Part shown: one piece after another, positions 11,024 to 24,872 of the stretch
How positions within the stretch are numbered: the stretch's first letter is position 1
Layout: each line of letters starts with the position of its first letter
Assembly (NCBI RefSeq): GCF_963506605.1
Contig: NC_083290.1
Coordinates: forward strand, 29,822,001-29,886,000
Direction of reading: 5' to 3'
Origin: Zootoca vivipara
Taxonomy: Eukaryota
Length of the DNA: 64,000 nt
Notes under the pieces: generated by a model
Seen by the model: only the letters and a program-made list of their open reading frames with translations
The model's database searches: none
Told to the model about the DNA's origin: nothing
Position numbers and translations under genes: made by a program

Positions 11024-14000
11024 CCCAGCCATCTAACTGGGTTACCCCAGCCACTCTGGCAGCTTCATACTCTTGTATATATTTTTAAGCTTGGAGACGG
11101 CTGATCTGACTTCCCACAGACATTCATGTACCATCCTTCAGACTGTGATACCTCCTTGCCTGCTGTTGCCTGCTGTCTTTAGCATTGGTTCTTTATTGAA
11201 TTCCAGAATATTATGTTTTATGACATGGGAGCAGGCAGCACTGTGTGTACCATCGTGACTTACCAAGCAGTGAAAACCAAGGACTCAGGAACCCAGCCTC
11301 AGCTTCAGATTCGGGGTGTTGGGTAAGAGCTTGATTCTTGGAATTAAATTTGCTAGGGAGTCAAGAGAGAGCAGGATATCTGAAGTAGAAAGGTCCAAAC
11401 TGGGAGGCGTATTGCACAAAGCAGAATCAAACAAATGCATAATGGATCATGTTGGGTGGGTCCTACCTGGAGTCAACATGCCTCTCTCCCCCCACCCGTT
11501 TTAAAATGATTTCCTGGGAATTGCAAATGTGGAGAGTGCTATTGCATTTGTTTCCTATTTGATGGTTGCCCATAAGCCACTGTAAGATTGGGATGCTGGA
11601 TTTGGATGGACATGTGGCCACAGGGCTCTTGTGGAAGGATGTTTAGAAAACCAAAATGCTGGTTTTGGGGTGGGAGAGAGTAGAGAGATATCAAGCTTCT
11701 TGAGAGGAGTGGTAGCTGGAGAGGTAGTTGCTGGGCTTCTTTGCAAAGGGCTGCTGGCTTGAGTAGCTGCTTCCACTGCCTGCCTCGTTCTCCTCCTCAG
11801 ATTTGATCGCACACTGGGAGGGTTGGAGATGGAGCTGCGCCTCCGTGACCATCTGGCCAAACTCTTCAATCAGCAACATCCATCAAAGGATGTCCGGAAA
11901 AACCTCCGGGCCATGGCCAAGTTGCTAAAGGAAGCCAATCGTGTGAAAACAGTGCTAAGTGCCAATGCTGACCATGTGGCCCAGGTAGGTTGTGTGCATT
12001 TGGTGTGGCATGGGTGCATGGAAAATGCCTAACCTTCGTCGTCTGCTATAGTCAATTGTAAGCAAGCTATCTGCTTATGTGTACACGAAAGGCTTCTACA
12101 TTTCATCAAGGTCTTAATCCTGTTTTGAAGGCACAGTAGAAGCAGTGTGGTGGCTTCAGAGAGGAAGTGCTGCATGTGTCTGTGAGATAAGATGCTCTTG
12201 GCTTCTCTCCCTAGATCGAGGGCTTGCTGGATGACATTGACTTCAAGGCCAAAGTTTCACGGCAGGAATTGGAGGAGCTGTGCTCTGATTTGTTCGAGCG
12301 GGTTGCAGGACCTGTGCAGCAGGCAGTCAGCAGTGCTGAGATCGGTTTGGTAAGTGCGGATGGTTTTGTTAAAAGGTCTCTAGTTTTCACCAAACAACGT
12401 GAATTCCACAGTGCAGGCCATGGTGAGAAGCACTTACTGCTTCGTCCAGGCCACCTACATCTGTGCAAGCAGAACTCTAGATTCAGAAAGTGTAACAGAG
12501 TTCAAGCTCAGAAAGTCAGACCCTGTTATCTTTCTCCAATTTCCAGAATGAAATTGACCAGGTGATCCTTGTCGGTGGTGCCACTCGCGTCCCAAAGGTG
12601 CAGGAATTTCTGCTAAAGGCAGTTGGCAAGTAAGCATCAGCCCAGTTTTAGTGGTACTTTCTGCCTCCCAGCCCTCAAAATATTTTCTGTCCAGAGCAGG
12701 GTAGCATCTAATCATTCTTTTGTTGACAACACAGGGATGAGCTGGGCAAAAACATCAATGCTGATGAAGCAGCTGCAATGGGTGCTGTCTACCAAGCAGC
12801 TGCCTTGAGCAAAGCCTTTAAGGTGAAGCCTTTCATTGTCCGTGATGCAGCTGTTTTCCCCATCCAGGTGAGCTGTGGTTCATTATCAAGTATCAGAGTA
12901 ACAGCTGACGGGTGTGCTGTGGATTTCAGGGAGAGGGTTGGTAAAAAAGCCTGTCTTGAAATTCTGTCTCAAGCAGCCCAAGAAAAGTGCTGATCTTTGT
13001 CCCTTAATGACAAGACGCCTGTTGGCATGCAGTTGGCTCTGCTGTGTGGTAGAATCTAGAAGAGGTATAGTTGTGCTTTATCCTCTCCTAACCCTAGGTT
13101 GAGTTCACCCGTGAGGTGGAAGAGGAGGATAAATCCAAGAGCCTTAAACACAACCGGCGGATCCTGTTCCAGCGCATGGCTCCGTATCCCCAACGGAAGG
13201 TCATCACCTTCAACCGATACACAGATGACTTTGAGTTCCATGTCAACTACGCAGATATGGGCTTCCTGGGTGACAGTGACTTGAAGTGAGTGCAGTTGTG
13301 GGTCAGCCACAAAAACAGAGCATGCTGGCTCTTGCTTTCCTTTTCCCTTTTGTTATGGTACCGTAGTTACAGCTGCCCGGGAATTTGGTCTAAGGAGGGA
13401 AGAATTAAGGGTTTCCATAAGGAACAAAAGGAAAACATGACAGAGGGAGGAATAGCTGGATATTGTACGTGGTAGCTGGAAGTCCCATTTACTTATTTTT
13501 GTTATCCTTTTCTTTTTCTTTCTATTTTATTATTTCCTTAAATATTCTTTTTCTTTTATTTTCTTGGTATTATTTCTGCTTTGGTCTGGTCTTCTATAGA
13601 ATTTTGAAAAGTCCTAATAAAATCCTTTTTTTAAAAAAGGCTTAACTTGGCTCATGTTCTCAGAGTTTATGATTCTGCCTGAACTCAGCTTTATGTCAGT
13701 GGCTACGGCTTTGGGAACTCAATTTTGTTCTCAGCTGTTTGAACTTGTACCCTTGCAGCTGAGTATCCAGGAAATAAAATTTCTATATTACTGCCCTTCA
13801 GTGTTTCTACAAAGTTTTGTTATTTCTGTGGTAGAGCTAGAGAATGGGAACAGAAAGGAGGGGTGGTCAGACACTTGTGCTCACCCATCCCAATGTGTGT
13901 GCTCATGTGGTTTCTGCAGAGCTTTTGGGTCCTTGAATCTCACAAGGGTGAAGCTGCATGGAGTGGGCGAGAGCTTCAAGAAACATTTGGATTACGAGTC

Positions 14001-17000
14001 CAAAGGCATCAAGGCTCATTTCAACATGGACGAGAGTGGTGTGCTGAGCCTCGATCGTGTAAGTACTGCTTCTGTGCCCTTCATCTCCGGCTCACTTGCT
14101 GGGCCTTCCAATCTCATTCTGCTCCGTGTGTTGTCTCCCAGGTAGAATCTGTGTTTGAGACTCTGGTGGAGGACAAGCCAGAGGAGGAATCCACACTGAC
14201 AAGTGAGTTGGTTGGGTTGCATTTTAGCAACAGCTCTTCTCGTACCATGTAGGCAGCTTTACTTAATCAGCCCCTTCCCAGTTTTCAGCATCACTTTGAA
14301 TGGTTGGAGGGGGTGGGTCAGGTGGCAGACAAGATCTGGGTTTTCTGGGTGTAGAACCCAAACCTTTCATAAGTATGTTTCTTCTTTCGAGCAGAACTTG
14401 GGAACACCATCTCCAGTCTCTTTGGAGGAGGGAGCCCTGTGCCAGAAGCACCTGAAAACTTGACTGAGACTGTTCAGGTGAGCTCTGTTCTGTGGAGAGC
14501 CTGCAAGCAAGATGCAGGATTTGAGCCTAATGCAAATGTCAGTGGGGACTTGAAAAGGGGCACAAATATGAAAAAAGAACAGGGGAGGATCCTGGTCTTA
14601 GTCTCAAGAGTTCTGTGAACCTGTTCAATGGCACTGTGTTCTTCGCTAAAACCATAATAAATACTTCGAGTCAGAAGGAATCCATGGCAAGTGACTGTCG
14701 CAGCGGAGCTTGTAGCTGGACCTGCTGGGTCCCTTCAGAGTCATGCCTGTCTTGGCTGAAGAAGCCTAGCTGCGCGAGGTTCTTATTACTGATCCTTGGG
14801 GAATTTCTCCTCTCTTGCCCAGGAGGAAGAGGAGAGCCAAGCGGAAGCAGGTAAGGAGGACCAGAAGGATGACAATGGCGCTGCTAGTGAGGAGGAAGAA
14901 AGTCGGCCAACGCCATCCCCATCTCAGGAAAAAGCTGCTGAAGATGCTTCAGCTGAGGACCAACAAGAGGAAGGAAGAGAGAAATCAGACTCCCAGGTGA
15001 GCAAGCAGTGAGGAGGGTCACTGAAGAGCCCCCCTTTTTTATCCAATAGGAGACAAATGAGAAGGCATCCGTAGGGGTGAAGTTATTGTAGGGAACAGTA
15101 CTTTTTCACGCTTCAAATCCCCTGAACACTGTTGTCTACTTATTGGAGTGGGTGGGAAACCTCCTTTTAAGGTCTCATACCTATGGGGTTGTGTGAGAAT
15201 TCTCTTGAAAAATTGGCATCTCCATGGTTCCGAGCCTGTTTTTAGGTTGGTGGACTAGTTTCTGGAAGTGATGGCTGAATCCAGGGCCATTACAAGACAT
15301 TTTGCTACCTGAAGCAAATATGGTGGCTTCCACCAACAACAAATTGTGCATACAAACTCTGACTGGACCAGCAGTTGAATTTTTTATTTCAACGTTGCCA
15401 GTGGAATAATGCCCCCAACCAGCCCTGAGGGCAACAGAGTAGTTATGCAGGCATAGATCTTACATCAGAAGGATATGGCCAGGGAACTCGGAAGGAATGG
15501 GGTTGGTAGGTGCGCTGTTCCCAGAAGTTAGCACTTGAGGTAGTTGCCTCTCTTCCTAATGGCAGGGCCGGCCCAGCTTAAATCTAAAATTAAAGCAAAC
15601 CTGTCAAATGTTGGCTCTAGCTGGTGGCTGAAAACAGCCCCCTGTTAGTCCTGGAATTGCTCCCATCTAGGAGGCCCAAGAGAAGACAGATACTGGGAAG
15701 GATGAGGAGCCTACAAAGAGCCCTGAGGGCCATGGTGCCAAAGCAGCCGAGGAGGAGAAAAAGCTGAAGCCACCAAAGAAACAAAAGCTGGTGGAGGAGA
15801 TTGCAGTGGAGCTGGATGTGAATGATGTGCCAGAGTTGCTGCCAGAAGAATTGCAGGACTCCATTAAGAAGTAGGTGGATCTTCAGGGCTGCCTCTGCCC
15901 CCTAGCTGTGGGCTGGGATGAGACTGCTTGCAGTCAGTGCATGGGGATGCTTTTTGTCTTCTCCCATTCAGAGAAGGTTGTGACCTTGGGTACCTTGTCC
16001 TTCCCACCTTTTTCTAACATCAGGTTGCAAGAATTGACTGAAAGAGACATAGCAAAGCATGAGAGGGAAAAGTCAGCCAATGGCCTTGAGGCCTTCATCT
16101 TCGAGACTCAGGTAGGTCCCGGGAAAAGCATCAGAGGGCATAGATGGCTTTAGCGGGTTCATCTTGTTGCTGATGATCCCACCCCCATAAAAGTATTTCT
16201 CCATCAAATCTATGCTGCCGTTTAACTTATGTGTATCTTGTCTTTTGTGTAAAGTTGCAGCACTATTGCAACTTGAGCTGTAAGAAAACTTGGAATAGGT
16301 CAGGGAGGCTGCCGTGTCACCTTTAGCTAAATTTCTGTCAGGAGGAGTCAGTTTTGTGAATGTTCCCATAAGTCACAAGAGCTTCAGAGAGATTGATTTT
16401 GTGTGTGTCTTTTACCAGGATAAGCTACATCAGGAGGAGTATAAGTTTGTTTCAACAGAAGAAGAGCGAGAGGAAATTTCCAAGAAGCTGAGCGAGGCTT
16501 CCAACTGGATGGAAGAGGAAGGCTATACAGCCACAACTAAGGTTGGGGCACCACTTTGAACTGCGAATACCTTTTTCAAGGGAAACTTCTCTGTATTGTT
16601 AGGCTAGAGTTTGAAGATTCTCAGAGTGTGTTTCATGTGGGTTATCTGGACTACAGAAGTGGCTTTCCCTTGCCAAAAGCGCTTTGGAAATTTTAGCCAG
16701 TATTTTTTGTCAGAATCAGAGAAACAGAAGAGGGTGACTTGCTATGGTTAATGAGAACAACTTTAAATATGGTACATGCTTGATCTTCCTTGATTGCACT
16801 GCTTTCTAGGCAATGGCAAAGCACTTTGTCATTCATAGCTGCAAGCATTGTGTGGGATTCCCGTGGTCTGCATGTCTGACTAACCTGCAAGTGTCACATT
16901 TGGCTTGTGTCCCCTCTTAACTTTGGGACGGGGGTTTGAACTCCCTGGGAACTGGATGCCCTAATAGTTGCTTGGCTGTCACTGTGGAGCCTCCAGGCGG

Positions 17001-17815
17001 GGTTCTAGTGTGTCTCCAGGCAGGCTCAGTTTGTGGGTGTTTAACCCCTACTTCCTGAATTTCCAAGCCATCCGTAATCTTTGCAAGATGATATATGTGC
17101 CCAAGGCAGAATTTTAGTTTTTAAACTTCTGTTCCAATTCACAGGAGCTGAAAGAGAGGCTCTCTGAACTGAAGAAGCTGTGCCGGAGCCTTTTCTTCCG
17201 TGTGGAGGAGAGAAGGAAGTGGCCAGACCGTCTAGCTACCCTGGAAAGCTTGCTCAATCACTCCAATATTTTCCTCAAGTATGAACAACCAAGATGTCTT
17301 TAGTAGGAGAGGAGGGGACTTGGGTTGGGGCAGAGGGGATTGCCTTACTCACACAAGCAGCTGAGATCAGCACCCTCTGGACCCAAAGGGCGTGCATGGG
17401 GAGCTGTGCAATCCAGCTGTTTAAATCTCAGCAAGGCAACCAGGAGACAAAGAAGAGTTTGCTTTCATTGGACCATTTTTGGTTGTACCAAACAACAGTT
17501 TTATTTTAATAAGCCTTGTTCTCAAGCTGATATTGGAACTCAAGGGAAAATAACAGCAGGTTCCAGTGCTGTAGCTTCCTCTTGCTAAAAGTTATATATG
17601 AAAATGATCCCCATTTGTGATAAGTTGAGATTCTTATCATGGAGCGCTAGAGTTGCTTTCCAAATCTCTGCTACCTTGAAAGGAAGTAAGGGTGCATATC
17701 AAGGACCAAGATAATTACACATGTACACACTGCTATAACGGTGTGGTGGAGTTTGCTTTTATTATGGAGGGCTGGTATTTTGCCGTAGTCATACATACTG
17801 GGTTTTTTTCCCTTG

Positions 17816-17859
<44 letters not shown>

Positions 17860-20511
17860 TGTATATATATATATATATATACTGTATATATATTTGTGTA
17901 GAGCTTCGGAGTTGCTGATTCCATGTCTTTGTCACCAAATAGAAAGGAAAATTGTTTGAGGCAAAAGAAATTGGCACTCATGGTCACTGGGGGGGCGGGG
18001 CGGCGGGAAATCCCGCTTTGTAACCATTTCCCAAAGTTTCACCTTGTGTCCATCTCACTTGTTAACATGGTTGTCAAACTTAGCAGTTGAAATTAGCTAG
18101 AAATGTTCTAACCTAGATATTTCTGTGCTGCATCCTGTGTCCCAGTTGTCACTTTTCCTAGAATAGTAAAGCTGAAGGTGTTGTCTTTAGCAGTTGTTGT
18201 TGTTGGCTGCACAGGAGCCAATTGCACCAACTGGAGAGCTTTAATGCAGTGTGAAAACTGCTTCAGGGCAAGAGGGAGACACATTTCTCATTCATTTTTT
18301 CAGGGGAGCTCGCATGATCCCAGAGGCTGATCAGTTATTCACAGAGGTGGAGCTAAGCACCTTGGAAAAAGTTATAAACGAGACAACGGTAAGAAGGGTC
18401 ACAAGGAGTGCAGAAAATCTTTTCAGTATCCAAACTGTGTGTGTTCATGCATGTGCATGTCTTGTCCCTTCTGCTCTAGGCTCCAAAAGATAACCCTTTT
18501 GGTCTTTTAGTTAGAATGTTGTGATTCGGTTCACAGGTAAACCTAAGAATCCTGCCAAAATACAGTAAGCCCACAACTTGTGCTCACTTCATGGAGTGGG
18601 GGGTATGAACAAACGAATGAATGGTTGTAGAAATAGGGCTCAGCAGAGGCCACGTGGAGCTTTTAAACAGTGATTTTGCATTGAGTAGTGGGGTTTTGTC
18701 TGGTCAGAAGGCCATTGGCACTTGGTAATGAGCAGCACCAAACAAGGCTGGTCTTATCAAGTGGAGCCTAAGGATAATACGTTTCCCTGGGTTGGTTTGT
18801 TTTAGTTGTGGAAGAATGAGACCCTGGCAGAACAGACCAAGCTGTCACCCACCGAGAAGCCTACTCTGCTTTCCAAAGACATTGAGCTGAAGATTGCAGC
18901 TCTGGACAGGGAAGTGCAATACCTCCTCAACAAAGCCAAGTTTTCAAAGATCAGGCCCCCCAAGAAGAACACCACAAAAACAGAAGCGGGCAAGAACACC
19001 ACTGTGCCTCCTGAGGGTGAAAAGGTCATTCCTCCCAAGGATGATAATCAAAAAGGTGAGAAGGTCTCACAGCAGCATCAGTAGTCTTCTAATTCCCCTG
19101 TTCATATTCCCGGGTGTTTGAAACTAACCCTGTGGAAGACTGCTTGGTGTAAAAGAGGGTCCTCAGTCTTGGCTGCCTCTTCTAGCCTTTGTTGTAAATG
19201 GCTGTGTTGTAAATGGCTAACATTTATCTTGGGTGATGTGGTGTGCATCCAGTTTGGTCATGGCACATACCTCTGCAACTATGGATACCTTTTTTTCTCC
19301 TTCCAACCAGATACACCAGAAGATGCTAGCCCAGTCAAAGAACCACCCACAGAAGAAAAAGCACCACTGGATGATGAATTGGGACCAGACTCTGGTAAGG
19401 AATGACTCGATTTATTCAGTCACTGAGCAGAACTCTGGTAAGGAAATACTGGGCTGAGAGAATTGGAATTCCCTAGGCCATAAAGGTAAAGGGACCCCTG
19501 ACCATTAGGTCCAGTAGCGGACACTTTTTCTTGGGTTCTCCACATCATAGTGGGAATTCGGGAACCTTTTATTCTGGAGCCATGCTATTGTGGGCCTCAA
19601 ATTCACAATGTGAAGCAATATAAGGAAACAAGTTATCCAAATTACTATTTTAATAGCCGTAGTCAATTCATACATCTGATGCTGGGAATCTGCATGCCAC
19701 CCTGGGGGGCTGTCTGCAAGGCAGGGGGAGACGTGGCTGCTTTCTGAAAAGACTTTTACAGCTGAAATGGGCACTGTGATGTTCAAGGGGCACCAAGAGC
19801 ATTCGCAACATTCAGGGAGGGAGGATGAGAAATACAGAGGTATTCCCAGACAAGGCTTGCTCGCTCCTTTCCCTGCCAACCCAGCCGGGGGGGGGGGTGC
19901 TCCTGGCAAAAGCTCCTCGCCAAGTGATCTCAACAGGAAGGAGCCTCAAGAGCATGTGTAGGGAATTTAAGGGGCACAAATGTGTAGGTTTAAAGTGGCA
20001 CAAAGCTGATTGAATTTTCATGCAGCATGCATCTCAAGGATGGCAATGTATTTATTTTTTTCAATTACCCTTTTCTTACTTCCTGTTTATCATCCCTGCA
20101 CTGCACGAGGATTGGCACTGGGAATCTTGAAGAACCAAATCCCTTTGGAACCGTCCAGGGTTAGGGTTGGGATTTGTAGAGGCGGCAACCCTTTACTTTT
20201 CGATTCCAAATGTTCTTCCATCTGCTAATAGTGTACCTGTTCTTTCACTGTCAGAGCTGTTTGAGTCTCAAACCATGGCTTTATCTGCATGCTCTTGCTT
20301 TCTAACCCTGCTACCCTGTTGTTGCAGGAATTTTTCTTACTCTTTGTGTATCTGAACATGTTCCCCTGGTACTATCTTGATTTGGAAAGTTGTCATCCTT
20401 GCTGCACAGTTTTGATTCATTACGGTTTTTTTGTTCTTACTCATTTCAGGGCAACAAACTGACAAGAGGTCGGAAACAAGGGAAGACACCAGAGCCAATG
20501 ATGAATTATAA
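6238..20511 (+). CDS. HYOU1: Hypoxia up-regulated 1 (GRP170/ORP150), ER Hsp70-family nucleotide exchange factor; complete CDS
   Basis: Signal peptide [19 protein letters not shown], then [29 protein letters not shown], and C-terminal NDEL*. Exons: 6238-6304, 8225-8318, 8922-9000, 9429-9583, 9828-9904, 10034-10215, 11207-11322, 11801-11984, 12215-12349, 12547-12629, 12735-12867, 13098-13285, 13920-14058, 14142-14202, 14395-14477, 14823-14996, 15671-15870, 16024-16111, 16419-16541, 17145-17278, 18304-18388, 18806-19055, 19311-19394, 20450-20511. All introns are GT-AG. Confidence 0.97.
6455..6738 (-). mobile_element. tRNA-derived SINE with CR1-like 3' tail, interrupted by a hairpin MITE
   Basis: The reverse strand has a tRNA-like head (TAGCTCAGTCAGTAGAG...GGTTCGAGCCCC) and a GGTTGGACTAGATGA...TTCCAACTC...ATTCTATGATTCT tail. 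Related copies lie at ~54945-55223, ~55955-56125 and ~60765-61035. Confidence 0.7.
6504..6637. mobile_element. Palindromic hAT-type MITE
   Basis: Termini CAGGGTTTCCCAAA / TTTGGGGAACCCTG, long internal inverted repeat, 8-bp target-site duplication ATCTAGTC/ATCTAGCC. Confidence 0.8.
10977..11066 (-). mobile_element. Extreme 3' remnant of the same L2-like LINE with (ATT)n tail
   Basis: (ATT)n followed by ...CCATCTAACTGGGTTACCCCAGCCACTCTGGCAGCTT, matching 2990-3045. Confidence 0.6.
17819..17892. repeat. (TA)n microsatellite
   Basis: Interrupted TA dinucleotide run. Confidence 0.95.
19482..19515 (-). mobile_element. Severely 5'-truncated Sauria-type SINE (3' tip only)
   Basis: AAAGGTAAAGGGACCCCTGACCATTAGGTCCAGT is identical to the end of the full copies. 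Confidence 0.75.
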
Positions 20512-22717
20512 CAGTTCCTTAGCCACCGCCCCTTGCACCAACACCTATTTATTTACAGTTAACTCCATTGTTTTTATGATGGACCTGGTTAGTGGAACAT
20601 GGCACAGACTGACAACAAACTGCAATAGAGCTGTACATTTTCTTTCTTTCTGTTGGGGATTTATTTGTTGCTGATTTTGGTGTGTTGTCTTGTCTCTTCC
20701 TTTCTTTAAAAATGACTTTGAGCTCACTGGGCACTCTTGCTGTGCTTTTCACAGCACTATCCCCTGAATTGCACTTCTAAACAGTAGATTTAAATCTACC
20801 TGAAACTGTTCTAGGAAATGACAGTTTGCATCAGCAGTTTTTTGGGCTACGCTTCACCTTCTGGAAACATTATTTGTCTGCAACTGGAAATATCAAATTG
20901 GAACCTTCTGCTGAAGCCTCATCATGTTATGGTTCATCAACTAGGCTTGAATGAGCAAGTCCCTTTATAGCTTTACTCTTGGGCTGTTGATGGACAGTTT
21001 TCTGTTTTGGGGGTGTCTGTGCAACCGAAATGGATGAAACAGGAGTGGGGAGTAAAAGTTGATAACGCTTGGAAGGAAAACCAAAATTCTCAAACAGATA
21101 ATTATACGACTCTGCTTTCAGAAGTATTTATCAGACAGTTGTAGCATAGCAGGGATGGCCACTGATGAGACGCACATCCCTAATTCTTACTATCAGTTAC
21201 TGCCTTTAGTAAAACTCCCTAATGCCAGTCATTTTCTAAGAGGCCCATGAAACTATGCTGTTGTAATAAAGCAGGAAATCTGATCTATCCCAGAAAGGTA
21301 CTATTTTATTTGCTCCACTAGTTGGTAGATTTGCTTTCTAATTGCCTTCCCAGCAACACTGGGCACTGTTCTTAGTCTTGCAATTTCCTAATACTGCTGA
21401 TGTTATTTGGTGATTTGGGAAGCTGGCTTACAAAGCTTGCTGTCTTGGGTGGTGAATGCACATCTTTGTGTGTGCACCTTTTATTTACTAGCTCACTCAC
21501 CCTATTGGCAGCTGAACTTTACACTTTCCACTTTGGCCACCTAGTAGTGTAGTAGGGACAGCTTTGGCTACAGGACAAATAATTGTGATACTTCAGTTTT
21601 CAGAAGTACAAATCAGTCCAACTGCACATAAACTAGAATATGTAAAGATGCCACAAAGTAGAGGAAAAACTTCATCCAGCCCTTTTTACTCCAATTTCCC
21701 CTCTACACACAATGTCCAAACTGTTCAAAGAAATATCATATGTAGACCATGGTGAGACCCTGTTTTATTTAACATCATTGCTCAGCAACTCATTCCTAAG
21801 CACTGCCTCCTAGTCCCTAAAATCAATTTGGAAATGTGTTCTTCTCTTGAATTAATTTCAAGACGTCTTTGTCTTAACTTGCAGCTTTGAGGAATTATTT
21901 CTCTTGTGTTCAGGCAGAAGTGGTATGCCAAACGCTACAGGCTCCTAGAACAAGTCAAATGTGAGAAATTAATACTAAATTGTGTGCTGCCTGTTGTAAT
22001 GTCCCCTTTCCCCTCCATTTCAACAAGCTTTATACTTGTGCTTGGAAGTTTAGCTTGCCATCTTTTCCAGTTGTGTGTATATATATATACACACCCAGGT
22101 GTTTTTGCCTCTGTTAAAATGTACATTGAATATATGGATTTTGATGAAAATGGAGTTTAAAACCTTATTAAAAACAGAGCAACTTTCTGCATACCTCTGT
22201 TTTGAGCAGAATGTGCATTCTACTGTGAGCCTTGATAAAGTAATTGGAATTTGAATGTAAATCTTGCTTTCCTGAAAAACATTTCCCTGAATTTGTCTTG
22301 TGCTGTGTCTGTCTTTTCTAAAAAAAAAAATCCCCCTTTTGAACAGGGCAGGCTTAGAAGTTTTAATTTCTCTGTCATGGGAATGTAATTTGGGAGTGAA
22401 GGAGGAATGTTCCCTCTTCCATTCCTCTGCTGCTGCCTAAAACCCAACTAAGCCTAATCCAGAAAGCCCAGTAGGCAAGAGAGTACCTTCTGCTGCCACC
22501 TTTTGTGTACTCTGCAGAAACTGTGCAAGTTCCCTCTGCCATATTGGCACTTACTTAGCTGTAGAGTCTGGAGTTGTTTGTTTTACATCAATGTTCAAGT
22601 GCTCGTTGGTCAGTTCTGTTAACTTTCTTTTCTGGAGGGAGGAAAGGAGAAAGCGGGTGGCGATCACATTTTAAGTCATTCAGTTGAAATGTATTTGCTC
22701 CTTTTGAAAATGGTTTC

Positions 22718-22723
22718 AATAAA
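22718..22723 (+). terminator. Candidate HYOU1 distal polyadenylation signal
   Basis: AATAAA at the end of a long 3' region. Alternatives are AATAAA 21265-21270 and ATTAAA 22167-22172. Confidence 0.45.
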
Positions 22724-23194
22724 ATAACTTGCTTTTCTAAAAAAATAAAAATAAAAAATCACTCTTTTTAAATGGAAGGATGAAAAATGGTGGAGCCTAC
22801 ACTGGCTACCGTCTCAAACAGGTGGATCCTAAAGTGCCACCTACTGTCTGCTGCGGTGATGGATTTCAAAAAGGTGAGGGGCTGCCTGTTTGGTAATCCC
22901 TAACCCATCCAGGCCTCCTTATTTTTACAGGTGTGGGCAGTGAGAATTGGCGGTGCCTGAGTGCAGTTTTCCTTCCCCTCCATATTGGTGGATGCATTCT
23001 AGAGCTTGGGTAGTCTAGTGTGGTGCCCTCCAGGAGTTGGGCCCCTATTCTTTTAAGCCCGAATGGCTTAAGCCCAGAGGCAGTCCAGCAACATCTGATG
23101 ACCACCATATTGGCTACCTTTGCTTGTGTGTGATTTTTCCTTGTCCCTGAACCTCTTTTTAGTGTGGAATCCTGTCTCACGTTAAGCCCCCACT

Positions 23195-23549
23195 AAAGGT
23201 AAAGGTAAAGGGACCCCTGACCATTAGGTCCAGTCGTGACCGACTCTGGGGTTGCGCGCTCTACTCGCATTATTGGCCGAGGGAGCCGGCGTACAGCTTC
23301 CAGGTCATGTGGCCAGCATGACAAAGCCGCTTCTGGCAAACCAGAGCAGCACATGGAAACGCTGTTTACCTTCCCGCTGTAGCGGTTCCTATTTATCTAC
23401 TTGCATTTTGACGTGCTTTCGAACTGCTAGGTTGGCAGGAGCTGGGACCAAGCAACGGGAGCTCACCCCGTCACAGGGATTCGAACCGCCGACCTTCTGA
23501 TCAGCAAGCCCTAGGCTCAGTGGTTTAACCACAGCGCCACCTGGGTCCC
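23195..23549 (-). mobile_element. Full-length Sauria-type SINE
   Basis: tRNA-like head GGGACCCAGGTGGCGCTGTGG...GGTTCGAATCCC and (ACCTTT)n tail on the minus strand. Near-identical copies lie at 58243-58598 and 62092-62440. Confidence 0.9.
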
Positions 23550-23839
23550 CACTACGATATATAAAAGGATGTGTTGGATGTTTTTTCCCTAAACTTTAAA
23601 TACTCCTAGCAGGATGGCAGGGCCTTGTTTGGTGTGGTGCTTGATGCCTTCAGTTGGGCTTTCATTTTTGACAGGAGGGACAGGGAGGCTGTTGCCTTGG
23701 TGACCATTCCTCTGTGGAAGTCGCTGGCCAAGGGGAGAAAGTCAGCACTCTTTTATTATTATGTTTCTTTTTATTTATTTATTTATGGCCCCCTTCAGCT
23801 TCTCCTTAAAGTGCTTCCTCCTTAAAATGCTTTGAGCGC

Positions 23840-24770
23840 AGCCTTTGGCTGCCTCAAAAGGCGCAGCCCCCTTCTCGTCGTTACTTTTTGGCGGGAAAGC
23901 TGATTCAAACTTTGAAGGCTGTGAGTCTGTCAGTAGTGGGAAGCGCGCGTGCGCTGCAGCTTGGCTTGGGACTGAGGCCGACGGGAAAACAGGTAAAGTA
24001 GGCCAAACACTGGTGACGACCCTGCTTTAGAAGGGAAGCGTTACCATAGGAAAACTGCGCGCGAGGGGCAGGGATTGGCCGGAAGCTATTACCTGTGGAT
24101 ACGGACAATGTGGATTGGAGGAGCCAGGAGAGTGGCGTGCCCCTTGCCCAATAGCCGAGGAGAATGCTTTCCGCAAGGCGGAGCTTCAAGCTGAGGGTCG
24201 CTGAGGAGCCACTATCAGGTTAGCCCACTTTTCCTGCGGCTGGTGCAGAGGAACCACCGTGGCGGGTTGGTGGGTTGGCGGCAGCGAATGAGCCACGTCC
24301 GGCTTGGGCAAGCGCCCTTTAATTGTATGGGTCATAGGTGCCCGGGCCGACGTTGATGGGCGCCCGGAGGCCTTTGGGAGCGGGAGGGAGGCGCTGGGGC
24401 GAGCGTGATAAGTTTTTTCCTGGATCCTCGCGACCTTTGCTTGCTTTGTTGTGTGGATCTATACTAAAGGGTCACCGATGCCGCGTCGCTACCCTCTCCG
24501 AGGGTGAGGGGATGGGGGCCACAACGCTCCCTGGGGCAGGTGGGCTCATCGCACTGCCTGAACCCGTCCCCAGGCGGGAGGAGTGGAATGCGAATAGCCT
24601 CCGCCCGGGGTCGGGAGACCCGTGCGGTCTCCTTCCTGTCTGGCTCCGCATGGGGTACGTGCCAGGCACCCCCACAAACACCCGAGGCTCAAGATCCTGC
24701 TGCCGTTTCTCGATTTAGCCCCATCTCTGCCTAGACCACGTCACGCGGGAAGGTGTTTTAAATTACGCGG
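23840..24770 (+). promoter_or_regulatory. CpG island, probable distal promoter / non-coding first exon of SLC37A4
   Basis: CpG-dense with ATTGG/CCAAT and CCGGAAG (ETS) motifs near 24070-24150. No recognisable coding ORF. The next downstream plus-strand gene is SLC37A4. Confidence 0.55.
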
Positions 24771-24779
24771 CATTAAAAT

Positions 24780-24872
24780 CATAGCTGCCAACGGATTGAT
24801 CCTTTTCTCACGAGGAAACCTATTCAGCATAACGGAATTTCCCTTTAAAAAAGGGAGAACTTGGCAGCTATG
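24780..24872. mobile_element. ~90-bp non-autonomous hAT-type element
   Basis: TIRs CATAGCTGCCAA/TTGGCAGCTATG with 8-bp TSD ATTAAAAT. A second copy in opposite orientation lies at 54354-54443. Confidence 0.8.

Noticed and set aside
23440-23549. tRNA-like A/B boxes here and in other SINE heads
   Set aside because: They are SINE Pol III promoters continuing into SINE bodies with tails and TSDs, not cloverleaf tRNA genes.
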